64,000 nucleotides of DNA from Eledone cirrhosa (Eukaryota), in NCBI GenBank assembly GCA_964016885.1, contig OZ024742.1, positions 47,368,001-47,432,000 on the forward strand, given 5' to 3'. Positions 46,585 through 60,150 of this stretch are shown piece by piece. The position numbers were made by a program, and so were the translations under genes. The notes under the pieces are model-generated. The model was not told the DNA's origin. It ran no database searches and saw nothing but the letters and a program-made list of their open reading frames with translations. Every line of letters begins with the position of its first letter. Position 1 is the first letter of the stretch.

Positions 46585-48599
46585 ATATATATATATATAT
46601 ATACATATATAAATATATATATATATATATATACATATATATCTGTATACGTATATGTAATGAAATGTACATATATAAATTGTTTACCGTATCAATTGTG
46701 AGATATTCCTGTTAGCTTAACTACTGTGGATATGCAAATTGCACAACGTTGTAGACAGAAATTGAAGCAATTGACTATATTGCAACGACATCTGAAAAGT
46801 GCGATAGGATTAATTTCTCCATTATGACAAAAATCCAATAGCTTGAAGGAGCTTATGGTTTCAGCCTGATATATGTAGGGAGTGAGAGTGATCCACGAGG
46901 TTTTTGAAGAAATTCTTGGTTCTAACCAATTAATTCTTTCGTTTACTGCTATCAGTTACCCAATTTAAATTAACCAAAGTATTGTTAGCCTTCTAGTTAA
47001 GCGTACATTTTATTATTTCAAGTTATATAAAATATATTACACATTCAGGCTTCGGGCAATGAATTAAGAACTTAAATTGAATGTTAAAAAATCGTTTCAG
47101 TCAATAAATGCAATTATACCTTAAACGTAGTCATATTATTCTCGCTTTCATAAAACGAGACATTTTTCGCATATAATGCAATTTAGGTATTTGTATGTTT
47201 AGTTATTTCTAAAACGTATTAGTAGCGAAAGTAGGAATGAATCTCTTTATAGTAGAGATCAAAACACTATCCCGATATCAATTTGCCTGGAACGCATCTC
47301 CTGTTTTTCAGTATATGTCGTAATTAAAGGAAAACGATAAAAATGTTTGATCGATTAACACTATTATAATTGCAAGGAAATTACATTTATTATATTTCTT
47401 AATAAAGAAGATGATATGTATAGTATTATTGATTTTTTCCCGAGTATTCTTTAGTGAATTAAATGTGAATTAAAGTAAAGTTACAGCATTTATTTCCTGC
47501 ATCTCTAGAATCTGTAAAGAAATCATCATACGTATACATTTTATATTTCTTAAATAAAAACAAGTTAGAATTAATGGAACGAGTTCACATTATCTTTTAA
47601 GTGTTGAAGGATTTAGGAATTGACGCTGTAAAGGAAACACATTCTTCTGTGGAATAAATATACGCTGCGAAGTATTATAGAAATGTACTGGTAGAACGTT
47701 CGTAGTCAGATAACACGAACTAATTTTTAACCTGTTAACACCGTTGGATTTATTGAAAATCTAAAAGAAAGAACAGTGGTGTCTGTACGATTACTGATGG
47801 AAGACAAAGTAAATATTTACTTGAGATAAAGCAATAGCCATAATTGTCAATCACCTTCAACTTTATAAGATTACACACCGATTGTATTCATCAGATACAA
47901 TTAGAACAAATAGATAGTCATCGGCCATTAGTCCATTCACTGTTGATATAGGCAACACTAAACATAATGTAATTTAGACGTCAGGGCGACGTTACCCTCC
48001 CTGATTAATAAATTATTTAAATATACTCATTCATAAAGGCCATGTTCCTGCAATCACAAACATGAATCCGCACGCTTGCAAATACACTTGCCTCACTTGC
48101 AATGGTGTAGATATAATTTAGAGGCTGTTTACACCGAAACAGTAAGATAGTGTGATGTAAAATTTCTAATGTATCTAATTGACTACGATGCCCCAAAGGT
48201 ACTGGAGTCAATTACCGAAGCAAATAAAAAAAGCCAAAAGAGATATTTACAATTAAACGAAATGAGAAAACTAATTTGGATTTGTTATTTAACAAAGACT
48301 TACAGAATTATATTAACAGGAGTAAAATCATTGGACACGGCGTGCAAACAGATACTAAAATGATACTAATTTTCAGAGTTATAGATATCTATGTTCATAG
48401 AAAGTGAAAGAGACCAGTAGTGATTATCGTGTCTTGTCTTGCATAGTTTGTGTAGTGATCACACAGATGATTAAGGTCTCATGGATTAATAGCTATAGAT
48501 GTTGAGTGGAAATGTAATGAAAAATAGTTTTAAACTTGTACCTATGACGAACATTATATAATTAATATATAGCTATCTAAAATGCATTATTTAGTGAGA

Positions 48600-48686
48600 C
48601 TTTGCCTTTCACCCTTACGGGGTCGATAAAATAAAGTACCAGTAATGCACTGGATAATTGCTGGCCTTGTGCCTAAAGAAGAAACA
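48600..48686 (+). mobile_element. 5'-truncated SINE with 14-bp TSD
   Basis: ATTATTTAGTGAGA at 48586-48599 and 48687-48700. Confidence 0.85.
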
Positions 48687-49107
48687 ATTATTTAGTGAGA
48701 TAAACTCCATTACCTTACAATATATGACGATATCACTTTTTAGCACTGCCTCAATAAACTAATATTTACCCTTGTGTGCAAGTGTGTCTGTGCGCGTGAT
48801 GTTGAACATAGTGTTTATACCACAGGTTATTTATCTCCGAGAAAAGAACAAGTGGAATTATTCTGACTCATTTCTATTACAATTACATCTTAATTAGACT
48901 CGCACGTGCTTAAATATATACAAACTTATAAAATACACTTACGTACATGTACAAAGACATACACACACGCGCGCCCTCATATACATATATACATCCATGT
49001 ACATATATAAACACATGCTTACATACACTCGTGTACTTACATAAATAAGAATACATACACATATATAATCACAAACGCACATATATACAAATGCACACAT
49101 ACACACG

Positions 49108-49139
<32 letters not shown>

Positions 49140-49545
49140 CACCCGCGTCCATAGATACGTGCACGAAGCAACAAGATCAACAACCCCAACAACTACAGAA
49201 ACAACTGTAACTTCAACAATTGCAGCTCTGACAAAAGCAGCCAACAGAAATTGTTGTATTTGTGCTTATGCTGGAAATTATTATTTTTAGAAAAGTATGC
49301 AGAGTGAAATGAGATTGGTCATATCGGTAAGGGATCGAATAAATGCTTTCCCGCACGCAGTTACGCCCCTTGACATTCAGAGTTCAATTCCTGCCTATTT
49401 TAACTCTGCCTTTCATCCTTATGGAGTCAATAATATTAAGCACCGGAAAAACGCACTGGGGCGGTTTTAATTGACTTTCACTGGTACCCAAATGTTTGGA
49501 CTTGAGCCTAAATAAAAAAAACATATTATTAGAAAATGTTGAAGA

Positions 49546-49705
49546 GGCGTGAGATATTGGCAGAAGCAATAGAGCGTAGGAAAAAATGTTTTGCGTCATT
49601 TACCTACAAAGTTCTACGTTCTGAGTTCAAATCCCGCCGAGGTCGCTGTCTTTTATCCTTGCAGAGACCATAAATTAAATAACAAATTAAGTAGTAGGTC
49701 GATAT
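49546..49705 (+). mobile_element. Degenerate related SINE
   Basis: ATTGGCAGAA...TTCTGAGTTCAAATCCCGCCGAGGTC. Confidence 0.55.
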
Positions 49706-51067
49706 AACTTGTTCCAAATTACTGATCTTGTGACACTGCAAGTAATAATTATAAGAAAATGGTGTTAAAGCTGATGAATTGAACGTAGTTGTAGTAGCAT
49801 TATGCGTAGTCGATGTAGAAGAAGAAATATATATGGAACGAAACAATCGAAAGCATAAAAATATGAAAATAAAAACGATACTATGATATATATGATAGTT
49901 AGCAGAGAATCAAGACTGATTTTTTAGGAGAAAAAAAAATTGATGCGTGTTTCATAAATACATAACTTACACAAGGAGCATTTGTTATAAAATGACAAAC
50001 AACATAGGAAAATAGAATAAAAACATTACACAATCATCAAACTTCGTGCATTTTTTGTCAAATATTCTCTATCTTGGTAAGAAATCCAATATTATGGCAA
50101 AAAATTGTGTCACGGCTACAGCTAGAAACATGAAAACAGCGAGGCGTCAAACAATCTTCTTATCTAGCTTGTTTGATCAATCGAATGCTTCTAAGCGTGT
50201 GATCGATGTGTTCTGTACAATTGATTTGCTAAAGAAAGTCTTTTTGTAGTTTCAGCTTCATAAGGAAAATAAAATAACGCAGCAACTTCACACCAAACAA
50301 AAATACAAAGTTAAAGGAAATAAAAAACGAAACACACACTAAATATAAACTGTATTACAAAAATCAAATACACTGCAAATAAGAGATATATGATCTCCTT
50401 TGGAATATTATAAAATGAAACACTTCATGCATTAACCTGACCGATAACCTTATCATCAATATATACTATAGCCATACTATAAGTGCCTAGAGGGGAGTAA
50501 TAGTTATGTTAATACAGACGTAAAATCATATAGAGGGATTTATCATGCTTCTGTTATTTATTGAAGGTTCAGCCCTGATCAAGGAGACGGATGAAGAAAA
50601 GCATCCAAGCCATAGTGATCCTGTCCCTCCTATACCCGCAATAATCCACGTGTCATTTGTTTTTTTAAGATCACATTGCTTTGAGTGAAATTTGCATTTT
50701 ATTTTCAGCTGGGAAATCTACTATCTGGACACTCACTCATGAGATCTTAATTTCCTTTTTTTTTTGAATATATATATATAGAGAACAATGACAAAATGTT
50801 AGCACTTCCTCCCAGATATATGAACATTTTGCGCCTGAATAACTGCAAGGGAACCCATCCGAAACACTGTTATACACTGATTTCCACATAATGCAAAAAG
50901 AGCGAAACATTAATGGTAAACGCAAATTGATAGAGTTATATCTTACCAATACGTTTTATATCGACCTCGAAAGATGAAAAGCAACAATTCACGTTGATGC
51001 AATTTGATCAAATAGCGCAGGAACGAATAATACAAGCAATTTTCTGCACACTAGAAAATAATTTTTT

Positions 51068-51280
51068 CAATATTTGGCACGAGGCCAGCAATTTAAAGTG
51101 GAGGGGGAAATCGATTAAATCGATCCCAGGGCATTATTGGTAGTCTATTTTATGGACCCCGTAAAAATGAAATACAAAGCTAACATCAAAAAGATATGAA
51201 TTGAAGAGGTAATGGTCCTTAACTCTATACCGGAAAGCATGTTGTCCCACGCACTACCGATACTGCCAATACACCACCAG
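51068..51280 (-). mobile_element. Degenerate SINE
   Basis: TTGGCACGAGGCCAGCAATT...CTACCGATACTGCCAAT. Confidence 0.7.
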
Positions 51281-51347
51281 CAAATACTGAGAAAGAATAC
51301 AACAAACTAACATTATAGGATATTGCTGACAGTTAATAATTGTTTCT

Positions 51348-51521
51348 ACATTTGGCACAAGGCCAGTAATTAGCCCCGTGTATTACTGGTGCTTTATTTT
51401 ATCGACCCCGTAAGGATGAAAGGCAAAGTTAACCTCAGCGGGATTTGAACTCAGACCATGAAGGACGTAACTCTTTGCTGCAAATCATGGCGTCCGACCC
51501 TTTACCAATACTGCCAATCCA
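51348..51521 (-). mobile_element. SINE with 15-bp flanking direct repeat
   Basis: TTAATAATTGTTTCT at 51333-51347 and 51522-51536. Confidence 0.85.
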
Positions 51522-51656
51522 TTAATAATTGTTTCTTAATAATATGAGGTATATAGGTAGACCTTTATGCTTTTCCACTATCAAGATTTTTCAGATACAT
51601 TTATTAGTTTGGAACTACTGTCAAAGAAATTAAGCTACTAAATACAGCTAAATAAT

Positions 51657-51832
51657 TGTTACTACTTTAGGCACAAGGCCAGCAATTAGCCAGTACATTA
51701 CTGGTACTTTATTTTATCGACCCCGTAAGGATGAAAGGCAAAGTTAACCTCGGCGGGATTTGAACTCAGACTGTAAAGGGACGTAACTATGCTAGAAAGC
51801 ATGGCATCCAAGCCTCTACCGATACTGCCAAT
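51657..51832 (-). mobile_element. SINE with 15-bp TSD
   Basis: ATACAGCTAAATAAT at 51642-51656 and 51833-51847. Confidence 0.88.
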
Positions 51833-52459
51833 ATACAGCTAAATAATACTCGTTCAATTCGACAACATTTATCAGAGGAAGAGTAACACACCACTATACT
51901 ATTCTCCGACAGTTAATCTAATACCACATTTTCTGTCATACATCTATATTTCGACGTGATTGATACCATATTTATGGACTAAGTTTCTGTAGATATTCAT
52001 TGCAGAAAAAGAAAACGGAAAAAAAGAAAAGAAAAAAATCAGATAGTATAGAATAATTATCTGTCTACTTGTATAAATAATTTATGTAAAATTTTAGCTG
52101 ATATTACATTAAACTCGTTAGTTGATCTCATCACACTGTTTACATATCATTTGGTTCTTCACCATTATAAGAAAGTCACCGAACATACGATAACAAGAAT
52201 TAATTTATATGACAAGTGTATCTAGAAGCATAAACTATCGTTAAAGTATCGTGTGAATCTGTCAATTTAACGTTTATACAACAACGCCGTTTACAGATTT
52301 TCTCCTATAGGCCCCATTAACAATATTGTAACTTGGTGGTGTGATTACATTGGTAAATAATGGCAATTACTATTGCACTAAATATTATCTACTAATATAA
52401 GTGTTTAACAAAGAAGTGAGACTCCTGGTTTACACCCACTGTGGCACACACACACACAT

Positions 52460-52490
<31 letters not shown>

Positions 52491-52549
52491 AACATGTATA
52501 CACATATATGTGTACGTGTATATATACGTACATATATATGTGTATATAT

Positions 52550-52594
<45 letters not shown>

Positions 52595-52597
52595 TAT

Positions 52598-53007
52598 AGA
52601 AGTTCTATTTAAATTGTTGGGATACACCAAGCACATATTTGTATAACTGATATAAAGCACTCAACAAATTATTGGAGTAAAAATACGATATATTAACAAA
52701 TGGAAACTATATTTATAAAACCATATTTATTTCATTATACATATTTCAAGGACACCAAGTTAAATTATGGTGTGCTTTCATCAGATAAAATATAATATAG
52801 ATCAGTTTTATAAATAAATATCGACATACCCTTAAAAAATGCGACCATTTCTGTTGGAAGCACCCGGATATATTTATTTATAAAACTGATCTATATTATA
52901 TTTTATCTGATGAAAGCACACCATAATTTAACTTGGTGTCCTTGAAATATGTATAATGAAATAAATATGGTTTTATAAATATAGTTTCCATTTGTTAATA
53001 TATCGTA
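52598..53007. mobile_element. Fold-back hammerhead mini-element, family G
   Basis: Inverted arms ~52684-52822 and ~52869-53007 around a ~46-bp spacer, with a complete hammerhead in each arm. Confidence 0.85.
52900..52962 (+). ncRNA. Type I hammerhead (mirror copy at 52729-52791, minus)
   Basis: attttat CTGATGA aagcacacca taatttaact tggtgtcctt GAAA tatgta TA atgaaat. Confidence 0.82.
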
Positions 53008-53031
53008 TATATATATATATTTATGGATATA

Positions 53032-53248
<217 letters not shown>

Positions 53249-53420
53249 GTAGGAGTATAGTTTTATTGTTGCACAATAAAGCAATGCAAATATCGGATAA
53301 GTAGCACTCAACAGTTTATTGGACTGGAGTATATATATATTGGATGATAATTGTTTTTGAAATGCGCATAATAAAATACATGGAACTTTTCCAACCATCT
53401 TTTAATTTCTTCTATTTCTT

Positions 53421-53487
<67 letters not shown>

Positions 53488-53789
53488 AAGATCCGAAGGC
53501 CTAGTATAAATTTCCATTCATTTTAATCACGACACATGTTTCAATAAGAGATAGATCGATCATGTGGTAATGATCGATTATCACTGATCTCATCAGGTGA
53601 ATAATGAATTGTCTTAAAATGTTTGCTATGAGGGATGAAAAACTAACGATGTTCACTCACTAGTGTTCTGTTCCCCATATGAAGATTCAGCAGCCAAAAC
53701 ACGCCAACTGCTATGGTCTTCAGTGAGGGTTATAAATCTATCAAGTCTCTATCTCTCAATAGCTGTAAAAGATATAAGTATATATTTAT

Positions 53790-53884
<95 letters not shown>

Positions 53885-54567
53885 GTCATTAGAATTATCA
53901 AGTGCAAATATAATTAGAGTAATAAATACTAATATTTATGCTTTATGGTATAGGGAAGATTATATCACGTATATCAGAACAGTATATCAGGTTCTCAAAC
54001 ATTAATCTTAGTAAACCTGTTATGTTAAAGATATTGTTGATTAGTAATATATTGTTACTAGTTCAAACACCTAGTTCAGAAAAATAAGCCAATTCAGAAG
54101 CCTACTCATATGATATACACATTTTGGAAAAATGGACATATGAGGAAAAAAATGAAAGAAAAAAAAGTTCTTGGTGTATCTAAATATGTTGTATTTTTCG
54201 TTTCACTTTCTTTTATCCTGATTCATATTCATGACTATTTCAGGAATTCAATAACAAAATGCAATTAGTGGGAGGAAGTTAAATCTTATAGATAAACAGT
54301 CTTTGAATCAAATTTTCTTCGTCTGGCGTCCAAGAACTTGGCAAGTGATTGGTGTTAGACAATATTGAAGACAAAGCTAAGACAGACTACATTATAGATA
54401 TTAAATATTTATGGAGGAATACTGCTTTGAATATATATATTTCACTCTTTATTCTCCGGGGCATGACACAGATGCGGCATTGCCATCTGCATACAATACG
54501 CACACAGCCACCACACACTTATAAACTTACACAGACACAGAAACACAGCCATATATATATGTGCATA

Positions 54568-54790
54568 CTAGGTCTGTCTAAAATTTATCCGACTTTTTTT
54601 TCCTGTGGAAAGTAATGACATAAGGGAAATTAAAGTACGTAGATTGCAGTAGCATGTATTTACATGAACATGGCGTACTCGTCGCATACGTCAGTTGTTA
54701 TCAGTCTATCATTAAATGAGGTGCTGTAACACTTGCTCCTCGTATATATATTTCGCATTAGTGTTGAAGAATCGGTGAACTAACTGTGAA
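54568..54790 (+). mobile_element. Possible mariner-type terminal remnant
   Basis: TA + CTAGGTCTGTCTAAAATTTATCCGACTTTT resembles mariner TIRs; no partner TIR or transposase seen. Confidence 0.3.
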
Positions 54791-54949
54791 TTCACACAAG
54801 CATCATACAGTCTGTCTTACAATCTAAGAGAAAGGCATTTAATGATCAGCAGCGCTAATATATCTTTAAATTTCTTCCAGCCTGTTCTCATACTAGCTAT
54901 CTCGGCGAATTCTCCCTCACTGCTAATTTAATGCCTAGGTAGCGAAAGC

Positions 54950-55614
54950 GGTCAACAACTTCTAGGGAGCTCCCCTGGCAACTGAAGCAATCTCTTTCAT
55001 ATTCTGAGGCATATTCATATTCTACAATATTTCAGTTTGTATAGCAGAAATCCCACATCTATATAAATTGGATTGGGTGCACATTATGGAATTTCTGCGC
55101 GCTCTTCTCTGACATCTAGAACAAGGCCACCCTCCGTATGGTATCAATCTCATCTTATCTTTACTACTTATTAAGCTTTTCTTTTTGCTGAATGTACTTT
55201 TAGGCATATAAACTTAATTTTGCCTCTAACCCACCTACAATTTCAGCTACGGGGACTAGGTCATCAGTATATAGGAGCTCTCGTGGAATGTCCGATCGAA
55301 ACTCCTCAGTGATGGCCTGAAGGACAATAATAAACAGGAGTGGACAGAGGTCAGATCACTGGTGAGCCTCCACCTGCACTTCATATTGATCACTGTACAC
55401 ATGGCCAACTCTCAATCTGCTGGTTGGTCTCCTATATATGGCATACAAGGCCGTAACAAGTCATTTGTCTACAGCATGTTTGCTAAGTGCCTACCAGATA
55501 ATAAACCGTGGGACTTTCCTAAAGCATTTTCCAGATCTAAAAATGGTAGATACAGTCGCGTACAATTAACTAAGTATTTCTGTAGTTGTCGTACCAGAAA
55601 GAGAGTATCGGACG

Positions 55615-55615
<1 letters not shown>
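54950..55615 (-). pseudogene. Decayed RTE-type reverse transcriptase fragment
   Basis: SDTLFLVRQLQKYL..FLDLENAL, HQ*SDLCPLLFIIVLQAITEEFR..ELLYTDDLV, WPCSRC..NSIMCT. Confidence 0.8.
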
Positions 55616-55685
<70 letters not shown>

Positions 55686-55851
55686 AATTTATATCTAGTA
55701 ACATTTATATACACACAGATGCACATCAATGCTAGCAAATATATAGGTTTTGTCTTATTAACAATGTGGTTCAATGCATGGGGTTGCAGAACAATAATAT
55801 GAGAGACGTAAAATAAGAAAATTATAAAATTAAGTTACTTACTAAAAAATC

Positions 55852-55934
55852 ACTTCCAACTAATTAGTTTCTGGAATGGAGTAAATATATTTTCCGAAGA
55901 AACTTATAGAAAATCATTCCGTCATCAGGAAAGT
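55852..55934 (-). ncRNA. Type I hammerhead
   Basis: Reverse complement of 56838-56920. Confidence 0.85.
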
Positions 55935-56312
55935 CTTTTTCCGTATAGGTCTCCAGGCATAGCGAGGACACTGGAAACTTATTAAAAAAATAATTCAGTG
56001 GAATGGAAATAGCGATGCGTGGACTGGATTCCAAGCCATTGAGAAAATCACTGCCTCTACGTCCGTGGCAAATTCAAAAAGAATCAATCACGTGACATCG
56101 AGGTCAATCAGTAGAAAGCGAGTGGTTATTAAGACAGCGGCCAGTTTACTACCATAGTAGCAGTCATGGCCAAATATTGCTCGACAAATGAATTGGAGAT
56201 AATTATAAGGAATTTATATCTAGTAACATTTATATACACACAGATGCACTGAATTATTTTTTTAATAAGTTTCCAGTGTCCTCGCTATGCCTGGACACCT
56301 ATACGGAAAAAG

Positions 56313-56395
56313 ACTTCCCTGATGACGGAATGATTTTCTATAAGTTTCTTTGGAAAATATATTTACTCCATTCCAGAAACTAATTAGTTGGAAGT
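56313..56395 (+). ncRNA. Type I hammerhead
   Basis: acttcc CTGATGA c ggaatg...cattcc a GAAA ctaattag TT ggaagt; predicted cleavage after 56389. Confidence 0.87.
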
Positions 56396-56837
56396 GATTT
56401 TTTAGTAAGTAAGTTAATTTTATAATTTTCTTATTTTACGTCTCTCATATTATTGTTCTGCAACCCCATGCATTGAACCACATTGTTAATAAGACAAAAC
56501 CTATATATTTGCTAGCATTGATGTGCATCTGTGTGTATATAAATGTTACAAGATATAAATTCCTTATAATTGTCTCCAATTCATTTGTCGAGCAATATTT
56601 GGCCATGACTGCTACTATGGTAGTAAGCTGGCCGCTGTCTTAATAACCACTCGCTTTCCACTGATTGACCTCGATGTCACGTGATTGATTCTTTTTGAAT
56701 TTGCCACGGACGTAGAGGCAGTGATTTTCTCAATGGCTTGGAATCCAGTCCACGCATCGCTATTTCCATTCCACTGAATTATTTTTTTAATAAGTTTCCA
56801 GTGTCCTCGCTATGCCTGGAGACCTATACGGAAAAAG

Positions 56838-56920
56838 ACTTTCCTGATGACGGAATGATTTTCTATAAGTTTCTTCGGAAAATATATTTACTCCATTCCA
56901 GAAACTAATTAGTTGGAAGT
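56838..56920 (+). ncRNA. Type I hammerhead
   Basis: actttc CTGATGA ... GAAA ctaattag TT ggaagt (one G:U in stem I); predicted cleavage after 56914. Confidence 0.87.
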
Positions 56921-56971
56921 GATTTTTTAGTAAGTAACTTAATTTTATAATTTTCTTATTTTACGTCACTC

Positions 56972-57006
<35 letters not shown>

Positions 57007-57584
57007 CACCTTATATAAACATGTATGCATATATACGTATATGTTTATATTTGAACTTCTCCACCCGCTTCAGTTGAACTTGAGAGAACGAGTGGCTAGG
57101 TCTTGGCAGGACCTATTTTTATTGCAGTTGTGCAGCATTCGGAGGCAAACATATTAAGTGCATATAGAAGACCACCTTCTGACGAGATAAGTAATATCTT
57201 GATTCTACATATCTGATTCTACATACGCTAATTTTATACGATTCCCAATCCTATCCATGAAGATTATGACGACATTATACGAATTTCAATGCCATAGTGA
57301 GTTTGCATTAGTAACAATCGTCAGTGTGATCTCATACGATGTTATTGGAGTTGTTTTGATGGTGTGTTCACATGGCGCATTAAATTAGTTCCATCCTGAT
57401 GTCAACCCAGTGAACATTATTTCCTATATGAAAACATCGTCGCGTTTAATCGCCATTAAAATGTTAGATATATACGAATAACGTGGAGTGCTTTTAATTG
57501 CTTGAACATTCTTATATTTATGAGGACGCAATTTAACATTCCCTTGATCACCACACTAATTAGCAACAATATATATATATATGA

Positions 57585-57810
57585 AAAGATTGTATGTTAA
57601 TAATATACTGAGAATCTCAAAAAATGATAGCTAAAACTATCACTAGGTGAATTATACGCCTATACATACATGTAAACCAGTCCGAGCTCAAGATCCGCAT
57701 ACGGTGAAACAATTGTTCTCGGTATGGTGAACTAATTCTTATGTTACTACTTCTACCAAATTCGTCCCATGGATTGGGTGCTCTACCACTACGGATATTA
57801 CCTTCCAGTG
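57585..57810 (+). mobile_element. Mini-element family D with a point-mutated hammerhead (57682-57722)
   Basis: ccgag CTcAAGA t ccg cata cgg t GAAA caattg TT ctcgg; homologous to 58164-58375. Confidence 0.7.
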
Positions 57811-57888
<78 letters not shown>

Positions 57889-57902
57889 TATAGATATATA
57901 TA

Positions 57903-58086
57903 ACGAAGTAGGTGTGGTAAAGAACCAGACTGACCATAACGCACCAGAGTACTCAATACTTATGGTAGTAGAATGGGTAATAGGAAAATCTTTGACCCCC
58001 ACGGCAGAGCTCAAGCCGTTTCGACGGCTATTTCTGAAATAACCGTCGATACGGCTTGGGCTCTGCCGTCGGGGTCAAACATGTTC

Positions 58087-58088
<2 letters not shown>
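57903..58088. mobile_element. Fold-back mini-element, family E
   Basis: Palindrome centred near 58035; homologous to 15039-15232 in the opposite orientation. Confidence 0.75.
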
Positions 58089-58494
<406 letters not shown>

Positions 58495-60114
58495 TGTGTG
58501 TGTAAGTATGTGTACGTGCATGCGTGTATGGATGTATGTATTTGTTGATAGATCTATTGCAGCTCCTCTTCCACTGATTCTCATTGTGGCTGTTTCTACG
58601 TTTGTCAAGTAACATATCGTTTGGTCTCTTCAAATATCCAATAGAATATTCTGATTTAGTTTATTATTTCATTTTTTCATTTTTTTTTATTTCCTTCTTT
58701 CTCTAAAACATTAGATATCGTCTTTGAAATCAATGTTTTCCTGGAGGCCTGAATTACCACCGTGAACGCGCAATTTTCTATTTGTTGTGTGTGAACCACC
58801 AACATTGTTATATAGACTCCAACTGAGAACCACTGGTATAAATGATACAGAAATCCACTGTTAATTAGTTATCTACTCTATACCAGTATGTGATTCGACG
58901 TCGTATGTAACTGAGAGTGTCTCAGAGGAACACAAAGAAATATAAGCAATATGTTTACACACCAAGTTAAAAGTAAAGTTTAAATCAAAATTATAGATAT
59001 AATACACATTCTATTTGAAATATATAGAGATTATATTAGCTTATTTTAATTTGAATGAATATGCATTTGAAATAAAACATTTCTTTGATAATCTACATCT
59101 TATTTCAGGCAACTTAAATTGTTTCAAACATTTGTCACCTAGCATTGCTTGTGATTTCTGGAACTTCACATCAGTCAATATAAGTAGGAACGTTGATACC
59201 ATCTCTCTTTCATTTGTAATATCCATTTAGACAAGTGTATGCCACAAAACTGTCAGTATTTGACTTATTGCCCATTATCCAAAACGAAAATCGACAAATG
59301 TTGAGTAGGTTTACATTTTCTAATGTAAACTTTAAAACGTCAAGAATTCAATTCACGCAAAACCGTCAGCATAATATTGTACTAATGTTTACATAGGAAA
59401 TATAAGTGTTCTTATGTCAAGTAACATTTTACACGCAAAAACGGGAAAATTGATACATTGTAATGACAAATGATGTTTAAATATGTCAAAAATGAAACAT
59501 AAATTGAATTCCGTAGGAAATAGAATTGTACGGTAGGCAATAACACAAAATCAAATAAAACTAAATAAACATATAAAATTTATAAAATTTCAATACAATT
59601 CAAATACAATATTAAACATGGATATTTGCTTTTTATTAAGCATTCGACAATACGTTATATATTATATGAAACAAACGCGATAATGTTGGTATTTCTTAAA
59701 CGATGTTTATAAATCTGATGTAGGTACTCATTACAGAAAATGTTTAATTGTATTTCTATTTAAAATAAAATAAAAATATATAGAAATTATCAATACCACT
59801 GTCATGAATTTATTTATGGCTAGGTTAAAATAGTTCTCCCATCTCGTTCAGCTGGGGAGTCCATTGGCTCAGTGCACTGCTTTAAATTAAACCAATACAA
59901 ATATAGGTAGAAGTATCCCTAGAGTGCCTTTAGAATCTTGTTGAATTAAATAAATAATATCGAATTAACATCATAATTAAATTATTATACAATGTAAAAT
60001 AATTAGCGAACAATAATTTTACACTGTGTTTTATGAAGTGTATGTTTTTCCGTATATTCTAGGCTAGCAAACTTTTATCTATAATACCATCTATAATAGC
60101 TTTGTTGTTTCTTT

Positions 60115-60150
<36 letters not shown>

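Larger units (their letters stand above)
55680..56971. mobile_element. Retrozyme-like array of a 525-bp non-coding hammerhead monomer: ~1.1 units minus (55680-56249) and ~1.4 units plus (56247-56971)
   Basis: Period 525 in both arms (55681/56206; 56247/56772), CAC overlap at the inversion junction, TA flanks. Confidence 0.88.
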
